Source of the DNA: a virus
DNA length: 64,000 nucleotides
Reading direction: 5' to 3' (one strand)
IMG/VR virus record: IMGVR_UViG_3300032287_003808
Location: 1-64,000 of that record
Made by a program: the position numbers and the translations under genes. Shown piece after piece: positions 41,559 to 50,100 of this stretch (positions are counted from its first letter, which is position 1; every line of letters starts with the position of its first letter). Below the pieces are notes generated by a model. It worked only from the letters and a program-made list of their open reading frames with translations, had not been told where the DNA came from and made no database searches.

Positions 41559-41567
41559 GATTAGGCC
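41536..41567 (-). terminator. intrinsic terminator
   Basis: GGCCTAATC-TTTG-GATTAGGCC followed by TTCTTTTTTT. Confidence 0.8.
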
Positions 41568-41623
41568 ACAACTCTAGAAAATTCATTTTTAAAAATTAAG
41601 CGACTAGGCTGTGAATCTAGTCT

Positions 41624-42079
41624 TTATTTTACGTCGTATTCTACTTTATCTACTACTAATTTATTTATAGTATTAATATTTACCATTCTATACCCTTTAA
41701 TTTTAGCATCAAATACCGGAATTAAACCTTTTTCGTCTGGGTTGTATGGTAATGTTCCTCCTTTAAGGTATACTTTAACACCTAAACGAGCATTCATTAC
41801 TCTATTAGTACCATCTTTTTTAGTAAAAGATACTGTAAAATATTTACCTTTAGTACTTTTAATTATTTTAGCTGCTTCTTGTTTAGAAATAGTTCTATTA
41901 GGAAACTCAGGATTGTCCTCTGGTTTTTCTTGAGGTTGTTCTGGTTCTTCTTTTTGTTCAGGCTCTTGAGGTTGTTCTTCTTCCGGAGTTTCTTCTGGGT
42001 TTTCTTCCTCAGATGCAGGTATTTCTTCTGCTTCTAGAAGAATTTTTTTAATTATATCTTTTAAATTTAGGGAATTCAT
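41624..42079 (-). CDS. leader + acidic linker + SH3/WYL-like beta-barrel protein
   Basis: 'LKDIIKKILLE', E/P/Q linker, then 'FTVSFTKKDGTNRVMNA...VFDAKIKGYRMVN'. Confidence 0.55.
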   Translation of the reverse strand: MNSLNLKDIIKKILLEAEEIPASEEENPEETPEEEQPQEPEQKEEPEQPQEKPEDNPEFPNRTISKQEAAKIIKSTKGKYFTVSFTKKDGTNRVMNARLGVKVYLKGGTLPYNPDEKGLIPVFDAKIKGYRMVNINTINKLVVDKVEYDVK

Positions 42080-42669
42080 TATGTTAATGCTTCAAAATCA
42101 TCATCTATATCTAAAAGAAACTCATCGGTTATCCCTTGATTATTTGAAAGAATAAGTTTTACATCATTCCCATACATTCCTTTATCTTTAACCTCAACCC
42201 TATCTCCTCTTTTAAATAAACCAATATCACTACTTAAAGTAAAAACATCACCTACATTAATTTGGCTTGTCATAATTTCTTCTAATTGAGTCTCTTCAAG
42301 AATATCATCTAATATTTCGTTGATTTCTTTTTTTAATTCATTCATATTATTAGTAAGTTTTTCAACCCCTCTAACACCTGTTATTCTATATCCTGTATTT
42401 ATATAATTACCTTCTGTGTCTGTATTGAATAGGTCGTCTAGATAGTTTTGGATAGATGTGTTCCCTCCATATTTGTTAATATCGTCTTGGGTGATAGAAA
42501 TTGTAGTGTCACCTAAATCTTTTTCACCTTGATTATCTCGAGCTCTATAATATACTTTATATTCTGTTCCTAATTCAAGGTCTTCTAAAAATGATGGTTC
42601 ATTTTCATTTTCATGTAAAGCACGTTTAAGTTCTTCTTTTACTAATTCTCTTAAGCCGTTTAATTTCAT
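42079..42669 (-). CDS. hypothetical protein with two LIKEE-type segments
   Basis: 'LRELVKEELKRALHE' at N-terminus and internal 'LKKEINEILDDILEE'. Confidence 0.55.
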   Translation of the reverse strand: MKLNGLRELVKEELKRALHENENEPSFLEDLELGTEYKVYYRARDNQGEKDLGDTTISITQDDINKYGGNTSIQNYLDDLFNTDTEGNYINTGYRITGVRGVEKLTNNMNELKKEINEILDDILEETQLEEIMTSQINVGDVFTLSSDIGLFKRGDRVEVKDKGMYGNDVKLILSNNQGITDEFLLDIDDDFEALT

Positions 42670-42926
42670 AATTTATATATTTTCAATTTTAAATTTCCAT
42701 CACCTTTAATAACACGATGCCATTGATGGCGTTCTATAAATATTGGTTGGTTTAATGAGGTTGGTAACTCGTTATCAAGTTGTATCTTCCAATTTGTTTC
42801 TCCAAGTATTTCTATTGTTCTATTTTCATCATCGCGGTGCCACATAAGTTCAATTGGATCTATATTTTCGTTAAACTCACGAATAATATATTTGTCTGTA
42901 ACTTCTATGTCGGTGTATGGGGTCAT
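42666..42926 (-). CDS. small cupin-like protein
   Basis: 'ELMWHRDDENR...WKIQLDNELP...WHRVIKG' with His residues placed as in cupins. Confidence 0.55.
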   Translation of the reverse strand: MTPYTDIEVTDKYIIREFNENIDPIELMWHRDDENRTIEILGETNWKIQLDNELPTSLNQPIFIERHQWHRVIKGDGNLKLKIYKL

Positions 42927-43168
42927 TCACCTTTAGGTAAAAACCAGTTTGAACACCATTTTGAAGGGTCTTTAATTTGATTCCCTTCATTATCTATTAA
43001 TTCAGCTGTTCCCATATGTTCTTGATAATATGAATTACCACACATATGTTTTTCGTTTTCTACATAGTAGAATTTACAAACATGACATCCAAACCCCACA
43101 GGTGAATACATGTAAGCGGGTGATTTTTCTGATTGGGTAGTTTCTTTAAGTAGGTCTATTAATTTCAT
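42923..43168 (-). CDS. small Cys-rich metal-binding protein (HiPIP-like spacing)
   Basis: 'CHVCKFY..C..KWCSNW'; starts 'MKLIDLLKE'. Confidence 0.45.
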   Translation of the reverse strand: MKLIDLLKETTQSEKSPAYMYSPVGFGCHVCKFYYVENEKHMCGNSYYQEHMGTAELIDNEGNQIKDPSKWCSNWFLPKGE

Positions 43169-43557
43169 TTTGTTTTACCCCATTTTTTACCTTTACCAGG
43201 TGTTTTACATTGAGCAGGTGTAGGACGACATGAAGGATATTTGGCTCGTTTTTCACCTTCTTTTCTACCACATGCTTTACATTTACCATCTCGGCAAGTA
43301 TTACAATCTACCCAACCACCTTCTTTTCCTGGTGTACCTTGGCGTTTAAACCATTTATAGAGTGATTCGTCTTCTTGGATTATTTCTTGGATTATTTCTT
43401 TTAATCCTTTCCATATATCACCTTGTCGGCATCTTTCTATATTGCCTGAGCGGTAAGCAGATGATTTTGGTATTTTACGTCTAGCAATACGTAAGCACCT
43501 ATCAGCTTTCTTTTTTTCTAAGAGAACTTCTTTAATTAAATCTCTTAACCTAGACAT
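43165..43557 (-). CDS. basic Cys-rich hypothetical protein with LIKEE-type leader
   Basis: 'MSRLRDLIKEVLLE', internal 'LKEIIQEIIQEDE', 'WVDCNTC..CKACGR..YPSCRP'. Confidence 0.55.
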   Translation of the reverse strand: MSRLRDLIKEVLLEKKKADRCLRIARRKIPKSSAYRSGNIERCRQGDIWKGLKEIIQEIIQEDESLYKWFKRQGTPGKEGGWVDCNTCRDGKCKACGRKEGEKRAKYPSCRPTPAQCKTPGKGKKWGKTK

Positions 43558-43910
43558 TTTAATTTATAAAGTGTTGATTGGGTTAATTCAATCACAGTAT
43601 CAATTTGATTTTGAATGTAAGAATCTGGGATATCTTGGCGTAATGTTTCTGTAATTTTATACAATGATTCAAAGTATGTTACTACTTGGTTTTTATCTGT
43701 GTAATTTATTAAAGGGAAACTAACGTATTCTTTGATAATTCCGTATTTACCTTGGTAAGATTCTACTAAACCATCTATTAAATCTACAATTCCATCATAA
43801 TAATCATTTAGTGCTTTATGTTCAGCAAATGATAAGGTTTGTAAATGAAACACATGAGCTTGTGTTCTTGAATGCATTAAATAAGATACTAATTTTGAGC
43901 AATTTTCCAT
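43545..43910 (-). CDS. ferritin/Dps-like four-helix protein
   Basis: 'HVFHLQT.SFAEHKALNDYYD...DGLVESYQGKYG...LYKL' Dps/ferritin-type metal-ligand pattern. Confidence 0.7.
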   Translation of the reverse strand: MENCSKLVSYLMHSRTQAHVFHLQTLSFAEHKALNDYYDGIVDLIDGLVESYQGKYGIIKEYVSFPLINYTDKNQVVTYFESLYKITETLRQDIPDSYIQNQIDTVIELTQSTLYKLKCLG

Positions 43911-43931
43911 TTTGTTTTATTTTTGTTTTTA

Positions 43932-44798
43932 TCACCAGAATCCTGAGAATGATGATTTTAGTCCAAGTAATTTAGCGTATCGAGGTAAGCGGCAACTCCA
44001 GTATGATGCTTTTGTTTTGTCTGTTTTTTGGGCACATTTATGACGTGCAGCAAATGCTCTACGTGCTTCTGGGTTGTTTATTTTAGCAGACATTCCTGCT
44101 TGCCCGAATGATACTTTTTTGATTCCACCTCCAGGTTTTCTTACATAAACATAAAATTTCTTAGAACCACCACGTTTTGGTTTTCCTATAGGAGGATTTT
44201 TTTTCTTTTTATCAGCTTCATTTAGATTTAAGAGATCTTCATATTCATGATATACACCATAATCTCTTAATATATACCTAATTTCATCTATGTCTATGTA
44301 CTCTTGACCTAATTCAGCAACTAGTTCATTATAAAAGGGATATTTGTCATGGCCTTTTTGTTGGGCTCTATCTAAAATTTTCATTAAAGGAATTTCATTA
44401 GCTCTAACAGATAAATCTATTCCTTCTTCTAACATAGGTAAATCTAATTCTACTAATTTACCTTCGTACATCCCATAATTACCTAAATCAGTTTCAAGTA
44501 AAATTTCTTTATCATCATCATTTACATGAATAATTTCACGTAAATATAAAGCACGAGCTTCCGCCCATAAATCAAGGAAAGATTTAGAGCCATAACGGAA
44601 TGTATTTTCAGTAAGTGGTAATTTATTATCCACGTGATATCGCAGATTATCCGATAATATATCTTTTTTAACTAAACTTTCATTTAGTACTACACCAGAA
44701 TTACCTACATTCTCACAACTATGACATCCACAACTGCAAGAATCTTTTTTAGGTGGAGTAGATAATACTTCTTTTATGAGTTTATGTAAACGTTCCAT
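43932..44798 (-). CDS. hypothetical protein with leader and basic C-terminal domain
   Basis: likely start MERLHKLIKEVL at 44798; 'CSCGCHSC'; C-terminal 'KKFYVYV..KKVSFG..ARRAFAARHKC..ASYWSC'. Confidence 0.6.
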   Translation of the reverse strand: MERLHKLIKEVLSTPPKKDSCSCGCHSCENVGNSGVVLNESLVKKDILSDNLRYHVDNKLPLTENTFRYGSKSFLDLWAEARALYLREIIHVNDDDKEILLETDLGNYGMYEGKLVELDLPMLEEGIDLSVRANEIPLMKILDRAQQKGHDKYPFYNELVAELGQEYIDIDEIRYILRDYGVYHEYEDLLNLNEADKKKKNPPIGKPKRGGSKKFYVYVRKPGGGIKKVSFGQAGMSAKINNPEARRAFAARHKCAQKTDKTKASYWSCRLPRYAKLLGLKSSFSGFW

Positions 44799-44809
44799 GA
44801 TAATAAATA

Positions 44810-45907
44810 TCAAGGAATAAAATAGAAATTACTTTTTAATCCTTTTTCCTTATCCCAAAACATAGCTTCTGCAGATCTTTTAGCACCTATATATCCTTTT
44901 TTATGATGCCATGAATCTGTAGCTGATAGTGAGCTCATATATCGTATGATAACGCCTTGGTATTCTTCTGTTGATTTGTATTTAATCTCTTTTTTTCTAT
45001 GTTCATGTCCTAAATGAAACTCTCTGAATTTAGATAGAGCCCAATCGGTTGGGTTTTCATGAGCCATTATAATAGGTAAATCAGTAATTTTTTCTTCATT
45101 ACCATGTGTGTATCCTATTAGCACATTACCATGCTTATAATACTTTCTAGGACTAGGTGAATTATCAACATTCACATTAGGATTATTATAGAACCATCCC
45201 TCTAATGAATCTCCTAGATAAAAATTTCTTTCATAATCATGATTTCCAGGAACCATAACTACATCAACAGGAGCAATTTGAGATAATTTATTTATATTAT
45301 CTACTATTAATTGTCTTCCGGTACGGAATGTTTTTTGCCATCTAGCATCTTCTTCTTGTGGAGTACCTCTAGTAGTACTATTAAATGGATGAGATCTATC
45401 TGAATTGAAGAAATCGTTTCCTATTGGGAGTACGATTCGTTCTATGTTTTTATTTTGGCATTCTAAAATAAAATCATCAATACAGCTGTTGAATAAATCA
45501 CTAGCTATATTTAAGTTATAATTATGTCCTGTTTCTTCATCCCACGCTATTTTCCCTAAATGAAGGTCAAATATATTAAGTTCTAAAAGTAAAGGTGATT
45601 TATCAACTCTAGGTTTATAAGATATTTTATCTACTTTAGGAGATAATTTTTTAATATCTTCAATAAAATCTTCTCTAATTAAATTAAAAACAGAAGTGTT
45701 TTTATTTTTTAGCCAAATTTTTACTTGAAACAAAGGTGTAGTGACAATTTTATTATCTGGTCCTTTTGCTCCTACTTCCCAAGTATTTAAGACTTGTTTT
45801 TCAATTTCCCACTCATCTAAAGATATGTTATACACATTTAAAAGATCATCAGCGGTAATTATTCTATTAACAATTTCTGATGTTAAAACTTTGGTATTTT
45901 GTTCCAT
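44810..45907 (-). CDS. calcineurin-like metallophosphoesterase
   Basis: 'DLHLG', 'GNDFFN', 'PGNHD', 'THG', 'GHEH' motifs. Confidence 0.8.
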   Translation of the reverse strand: MEQNTKVLTSEIVNRIITADDLLNVYNISLDEWEIEKQVLNTWEVGAKGPDNKIVTTPLFQVKIWLKNKNTSVFNLIREDFIEDIKKLSPKVDKISYKPRVDKSPLLLELNIFDLHLGKIAWDEETGHNYNLNIASDLFNSCIDDFILECQNKNIERIVLPIGNDFFNSDRSHPFNSTTRGTPQEEDARWQKTFRTGRQLIVDNINKLSQIAPVDVVMVPGNHDYERNFYLGDSLEGWFYNNPNVNVDNSPSPRKYYKHGNVLIGYTHGNEEKITDLPIIMAHENPTDWALSKFREFHLGHEHRKKEIKYKSTEEYQGVIIRYMSSLSATDSWHHKKGYIGAKRSAEAMFWDKEKGLKSNFYFIP

Positions 45908-45925
45908 TAAGTATATTTTAAAACT

Positions 45926-45957
45926 TAAAAATAAAAAAGATTTTATTAGAAGCCAAA
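45926..45957 (-). promoter_or_regulatory. Bacteroidota sigma-A-like promoter
   Basis: TTTG (45957-45954) - 20 nt - TATTTTTA (45933-45926). Confidence 0.55.
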
Positions 45958-45961
45958 CAAT

Positions 45962-46855
45962 TTATTCAGCTGCCTTTATATCTAAATCTGGGGATAATGA
46001 GGTGTATATGTTTTTTATAGTACGAGTCTTTTTAAGTTGGCCACTAGCTACATAAGGTCTGCCAAAATCTACTTCAACCCATTCAACAACTCCCCTACTA
46101 TCAGGTTCTCCTGATCTTGTGCCTGCAGATGCTGCGGCTACTACTTTTCCGGTTCCATAATCCTTATGAGTAAAATCTGATCCTACTCTATATGACGCTT
46201 TTATTCTATAAGGTAATGATTCTGGATCTATTAATGTTTTAGTAGTTTTTATCTCAGGAGTTATAAGAAATTCATAATCAGAGGCTGTAGTTATTCTAAC
46301 TGGTTTTTCAATTTTATTTCTTTCTTGGTGGCTAGCCATGTTAGATTCTATAGTAGCACTATCATCATCATCTAATAGTAATAATGTACGTAGCGTATTA
46401 TCAGATATTACAGCTACATATGAAGTTCCTATATTTATTTTTTTAGTTTCTTTAGTAGTATATTCTGTTTTTAATTTAAGAGGAATTCTACGATTTTCAT
46501 AAACCAAAATAGGTTTCATTAATTTATATCCTATTTTATTAGGGATAGAAGCAGGAAATTCTTTAAGATTTAATAATCTAGATGTTCTTGATATAAGTTC
46601 ATTTTGTATTTGTTCTATAACTTCTTGTTTAGATGTAGGATAATCTTTAGGAAAATTAGTTATATCTAATATTGTTCCTCTTTCTTTTACTCTATCTTGC
46701 CAATGGTTCTGCCAAGTTTCTAATTCATTTAGGTCTATACCTACTTTTTTAAGCTCATTCTCTAAAATTAAAATATCCTTAGGATCACTAATATCAGGGT
46801 ATCCTTTAGAAAACTTATATGATATATTATAAAGAAATTGTTCTAAAACGTCCAT
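45962..46855 (-). CDS. hypothetical protein with C-terminal Tudor-like (UvrD/PcrA CTD-like) segment
   Basis: 'VGSDFTHKDYGTGKVV...VEVDFG'. Confidence 0.5.
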   Translation of the reverse strand: MDVLEQFLYNISYKFSKGYPDISDPKDILILENELKKVGIDLNELETWQNHWQDRVKERGTILDITNFPKDYPTSKQEVIEQIQNELISRTSRLLNLKEFPASIPNKIGYKLMKPILVYENRRIPLKLKTEYTTKETKKINIGTSYVAVISDNTLRTLLLLDDDDSATIESNMASHQERNKIEKPVRITTASDYEFLITPEIKTTKTLIDPESLPYRIKASYRVGSDFTHKDYGTGKVVAAASAGTRSGEPDSRGVVEWVEVDFGRPYVASGQLKKTRTIKNIYTSLSPDLDIKAAE

Positions 46856-47562
46856 TATTTACTTTCAAGATTTTTCAATTGAGTCATAATTTTTGTGAGT
46901 AATTGATCATCATTAGATCTAATTAAACCTATCATAGCGTTACTCATAGCTTTTACTTGTTGCATACTAAGATTTTTACCGGTTTTTACAGCATTATATG
47001 CCATTTGAAAATCATTAATATCTACTCCTGGGAGCTGTTGGATTAATGGTTTAAGGTTAGCTGCTCCTTTAAGTTCAGTTTCTGAAATGATATTTTTAAT
47101 TTCTTCTTTAATTAGTTTTTTTAAGGCTTCGTTTTTCATTTTTTTAGATTTATTATAAGTATTAGATTCTTGGATGCCAGTTACTGTTCTACCTTCAAAT
47201 TTTTCTTTTAAATAATTAACTAATTTTTGATTCATATTAAAATCATCTTCTAATGGTTTAGTATCAGGTTCATTGTCTATAATATTAGCTGTGATTTTAA
47301 GAAAAGCATTTTCTACAGTATCATCTACTATAGCTGAGAATTCATCGTCAACGTCAATTTTATCTAGCCAAGTTTTGGTTTTTACAGTGTCAGGTTTACC
47401 AAAGAAAGCTTTAATAACGCCTAATGTATTTTTAGCTGCATCCGCGTAAGGTATCAGCCCAGTAATAATATCTACAGTTGTATTACCTACTTTTTCATTT
47501 CTTTGCTGTTTAGTAATAGCTTGAATTGCTTTTTTTAAATCACCATAAGTATTTAATTCCAT
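46855..47562 (-). CDS. hypothetical protein with internal LIKEE segment
   Basis: internal 'MKNEALKKLIKEEIKNIISE'. Confidence 0.55.
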   Translation of the reverse strand: MELNTYGDLKKAIQAITKQQRNEKVGNTTVDIITGLIPYADAAKNTLGVIKAFFGKPDTVKTKTWLDKIDVDDEFSAIVDDTVENAFLKITANIIDNEPDTKPLEDDFNMNQKLVNYLKEKFEGRTVTGIQESNTYNKSKKMKNEALKKLIKEEIKNIISETELKGAANLKPLIQQLPGVDINDFQMAYNAVKTGKNLSMQQVKAMSNAMIGLIRSNDDQLLTKIMTQLKNLESK

Positions 47563-47573
47563 AATTTACATCA

Positions 47574-48065
47574 TTATGCTTCTGCTGGCACTTCTGCCGC
47601 CGGTGGGGTTTCTTCTTCTGGTGGGGTTTCTCCAGGTGGTGTTTCAGTTGGAGGTAAAGCCCCCATTGCTAAATCTTCGTCTGTAGGGATATCACTCTCA
47701 GCTTTGGCTCCGTATCTTAAAATTCGAGAGATAGCTTCTGCTGCTCTTTCTTCTTCAGGTAAATTTAAAAGATAATATTTTTTACCTTCTACTTGAGCTA
47801 TCCAACTACGTTTACCATAGATAAGATAAAACTCTTGCCCATTTTTTAAATTAATACGAAATGTGGTAGGACGAGGAGCTACCCAATCTATAGAAGACAT
47901 AAATTTATTAAACTCATCAGTTAATAAATCTACAATAATATTTTTTAGTTCAGGGAATTTAGTCAATTCATCATACTCAACAGCTATGGTTTCTACTTTC
48001 TCCTGTCTCTTAATCGCTTGGGGAGCAAGTCGTTTAATACGTGCTATGAGTTCTTCTTTAGTCAT
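47574..48065 (-). CDS. hypothetical protein with acidic ETPP-repeat tail
   Basis: 163 aa; C-terminal 'PPTETPPGETPPEEETPP'. Confidence 0.55.
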   Translation of the reverse strand: MTKEELIARIKRLAPQAIKRQEKVETIAVEYDELTKFPELKNIIVDLLTDEFNKFMSSIDWVAPRPTTFRINLKNGQEFYLIYGKRSWIAQVEGKKYYLLNLPEEERAAEAISRILRYGAKAESDIPTDEDLAMGALPPTETPPGETPPEEETPPAAEVPAEA

Positions 48066-48802
48066 TATTTTTTATCTTTAAGATGTTGCATTACACTTTC
48101 AGCTAATTTTTTAGCTATGGCATACATTTGAGGATCATCTTCTTTAAATTTTCCAGATTTTTTAAGAGCTTTAACTATTTTTTCTTCTGGTTTAGTGAGT
48201 TTACCTTCATCGATGACATCTTCTTGAGACATAACATCTGTCATGGCATCAATTTGAGGTTCTTTTAATTCAAATTCAAGGTAATTTTTTGCACTACCTA
48301 ACATAGTACACGCTTTAGTAACTTTAGATTGCCACCAAGCTGGTAAGTCTACTTCTTGATCAACACCATCAAACTTATCTAGCATTTTATATAACGCCAT
48401 TGCATTTTGGGCAATTTTATATAACTCACCTTTAATCATATGTGGTTCATCATCTTCATGACCTAAATCAAGATCTTCTTCTAGTTCAATTCCTCGACCT
48501 TTTAAAATGTCTGCTTTAGTTACTTTACCATCTCCTGTTAAATCAGGGAAAGATTTTTTCTTTTCATCTAATGGTTTAGATAAAACATCTTGTACTAATT
48601 TTTTTAATCGATCATTTTCCATTTCTTCTGACGTTGGTTCAGGTGTATATTGTTTAGCAATTTTTAAAGCTCTTTTTTTCATAAAAGCTTCTGCTTTCAT
48701 TCCATACTTTTTTACAAAGTTTCTTTTATTCTTTTTCATCCCGAAAAGAACTTGCTCCATCTTATATTTTTGGTCAGGAGTAAGTTCGTTTTCAGAAATC
48801 AT
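48065..48802 (-). CDS. hypothetical protein with EF-hand/dockerin-like loop
   Basis: 'DLTGDGKVTKAD' 12-residue Ca-loop pattern; 'LPAWWQSKVTKA'; internal 'RLKKLVQDVL'. Confidence 0.55.
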   Translation of the reverse strand: MISENELTPDQKYKMEQVLFGMKKNKRNFVKKYGMKAEAFMKKRALKIAKQYTPEPTSEEMENDRLKKLVQDVLSKPLDEKKKSFPDLTGDGKVTKADILKGRGIELEEDLDLGHEDDEPHMIKGELYKIAQNAMALYKMLDKFDGVDQEVDLPAWWQSKVTKACTMLGSAKNYLEFELKEPQIDAMTDVMSQEDVIDEGKLTKPEEKIVKALKKSGKFKEDDPQMYAIAKKLAESVMQHLKDKK

Positions 48803-48813
48803 AATACAATAAA

Positions 48814-48984
48814 TTAAGCTTTATCTTCAGCAGAGGATACTTTCTTAAATTCACCAGCTAATTTTTTTAATTCGCTAGCGGCTTTACGAGCACGTCCATG
48901 AGCTGCTTTAGATGTTTTTTCGTTTTCTGTTTTTACTGTCTCTAACAATGCCTCCATTGTTGTAATTAATTCTTGTGTGTTCAT
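48814..48984 (-). CDS. histone H1-like Hc1-family protein (56 aa, absent from ORF track)
   Basis: translated by hand: MNTQELITTMEALLETVKTENEKTSKAAHGRARKAASELKKLAGEFKKVSSAEDKA*; 'KAA..RARKA..EL.KL..EF.KVS' matches Bacteroidota Hc1-like proteins. Confidence 0.75.
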   Translation of the reverse strand: MNTQELITTMEALLETVKTENEKTSKAAHGRARKAASELKKLAGEFKKVSSAEDKA

Positions 48985-49008
48985 AGATTTTATTTATTAT
49001 AGATTTAA

Positions 49009-49452
49009 TTATTGCTCACCTCCACCAATATATTCACTAACAAAGAATTTTAGTGTGTTTCCTATTTGTGTTGTAAGCTTTTCGTTATTCATTCCTTTAG
49101 CTATTTTAAGGGCACTCATTAAATGATCCATAACTTCACTCTCAGTACCTTCCATATTAGCCGCTACATCTTCTAAACCGCTATCAGTTGAAATATCTCC
49201 TACAGGCATTTCATCTTCAGCAGGTATATCTTCTATTTCAGTATCAGTTACTTCAACATCTTCTACTTCTTCGTCTTTTTTCTTTTTAGCTTCTTCAAGA
49301 TCTTTTTCTTCAGAAAGTTCAGCTAAAACCATTTCACGAATTTTAGATCGGATGTCATTTTCTGAAAGGTTTTCTTTAGCTATTACAGGGTTTAAATTCT
49401 CAAGTGCTTTACTTTCAGTTAAGAATTTTTTTAGGTCAAAATTATCTGCCAT
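49009..49452 (-). CDS. acidic hypothetical protein with LIKEE-type segment
   Basis: 'FDLKKFLTE', 'IRSKIREMVLAELSEE'; late motif upstream. Confidence 0.55.
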   Translation of the reverse strand: MADNFDLKKFLTESKALENLNPVIAKENLSENDIRSKIREMVLAELSEEKDLEEAKKKKDEEVEDVEVTDTEIEDIPAEDEMPVGDISTDSGLEDVAANMEGTESEVMDHLMSALKIAKGMNNEKLTTQIGNTLKFFVSEYIGGGEQ

Positions 49453-49473
49453 TTTATTTTATTATAAATATTA

Positions 49474-50100
49474 TTATTTCTTGTTGGTTGTGTATAAATA
49501 TTCGGAGAGTAATGTTCCTATGACTCCTACTTTTTGTCTAATATAAATCCATTCATCTTTTGTAATATGATGAGGATTTTGGAATGATACAGCTAATACA
49601 CCTATTAAATGATTATCTAAACTATGAAGCCCAACCATACAAACTGATTTTGTATTGAATTGAGTTGTTAAATATTCTAAACCATAAGTATCTTCTTCTT
49701 CATTTACATCTTCTATTGATAATTCATTATCTTTGTATACTTTAGAAAGTACTCTAGGAAATAAAGATACAGGGATATTTTGAAATGTATTTTGAATATT
49801 AGGTGTTTCAGGAGTACATTTTTCATAGAAAATAGAAAATTTCTGGATTGAGCGGCCTGTTGGGTAGAAATGCCCTCCATTATGGAATTGTGCAATCCAA
49901 ATACGATCACATTCTAATTCCCCCATTACTTGTTCTAATTGGTTATCAATTAATGTAGAAGTTTCAAGAGCATCACGCATCTGGGTTGATGGGTCTTTTT
50001 TCTCCATTTTTAATTTAACCCAATTTACCATAATAGGTCCAACAACAGCTGTGATTAATGCTACTGTTATAGTTGTAATTACAGTTAAGGTTTCCATCAT
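49474..50100 (-). CDS. single-TM GAF-like protein, candidate T4 T-type holin
   Basis: N-terminal TM (TVITTITVALITAVVGPIMV) then 'CDRIWIAQFHNGG...LIGVLAVSF' GAF-like pattern; same architecture as T4 holin T. Confidence 0.5.
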   Translation of the reverse strand: MMETLTVITTITVALITAVVGPIMVNWVKLKMEKKDPSTQMRDALETSTLIDNQLEQVMGELECDRIWIAQFHNGGHFYPTGRSIQKFSIFYEKCTPETPNIQNTFQNIPVSLFPRVLSKVYKDNELSIEDVNEEEDTYGLEYLTTQFNTKSVCMVGLHSLDNHLIGVLAVSFQNPHHITKDEWIYIRQKVGVIGTLLSEYLYTTNKK

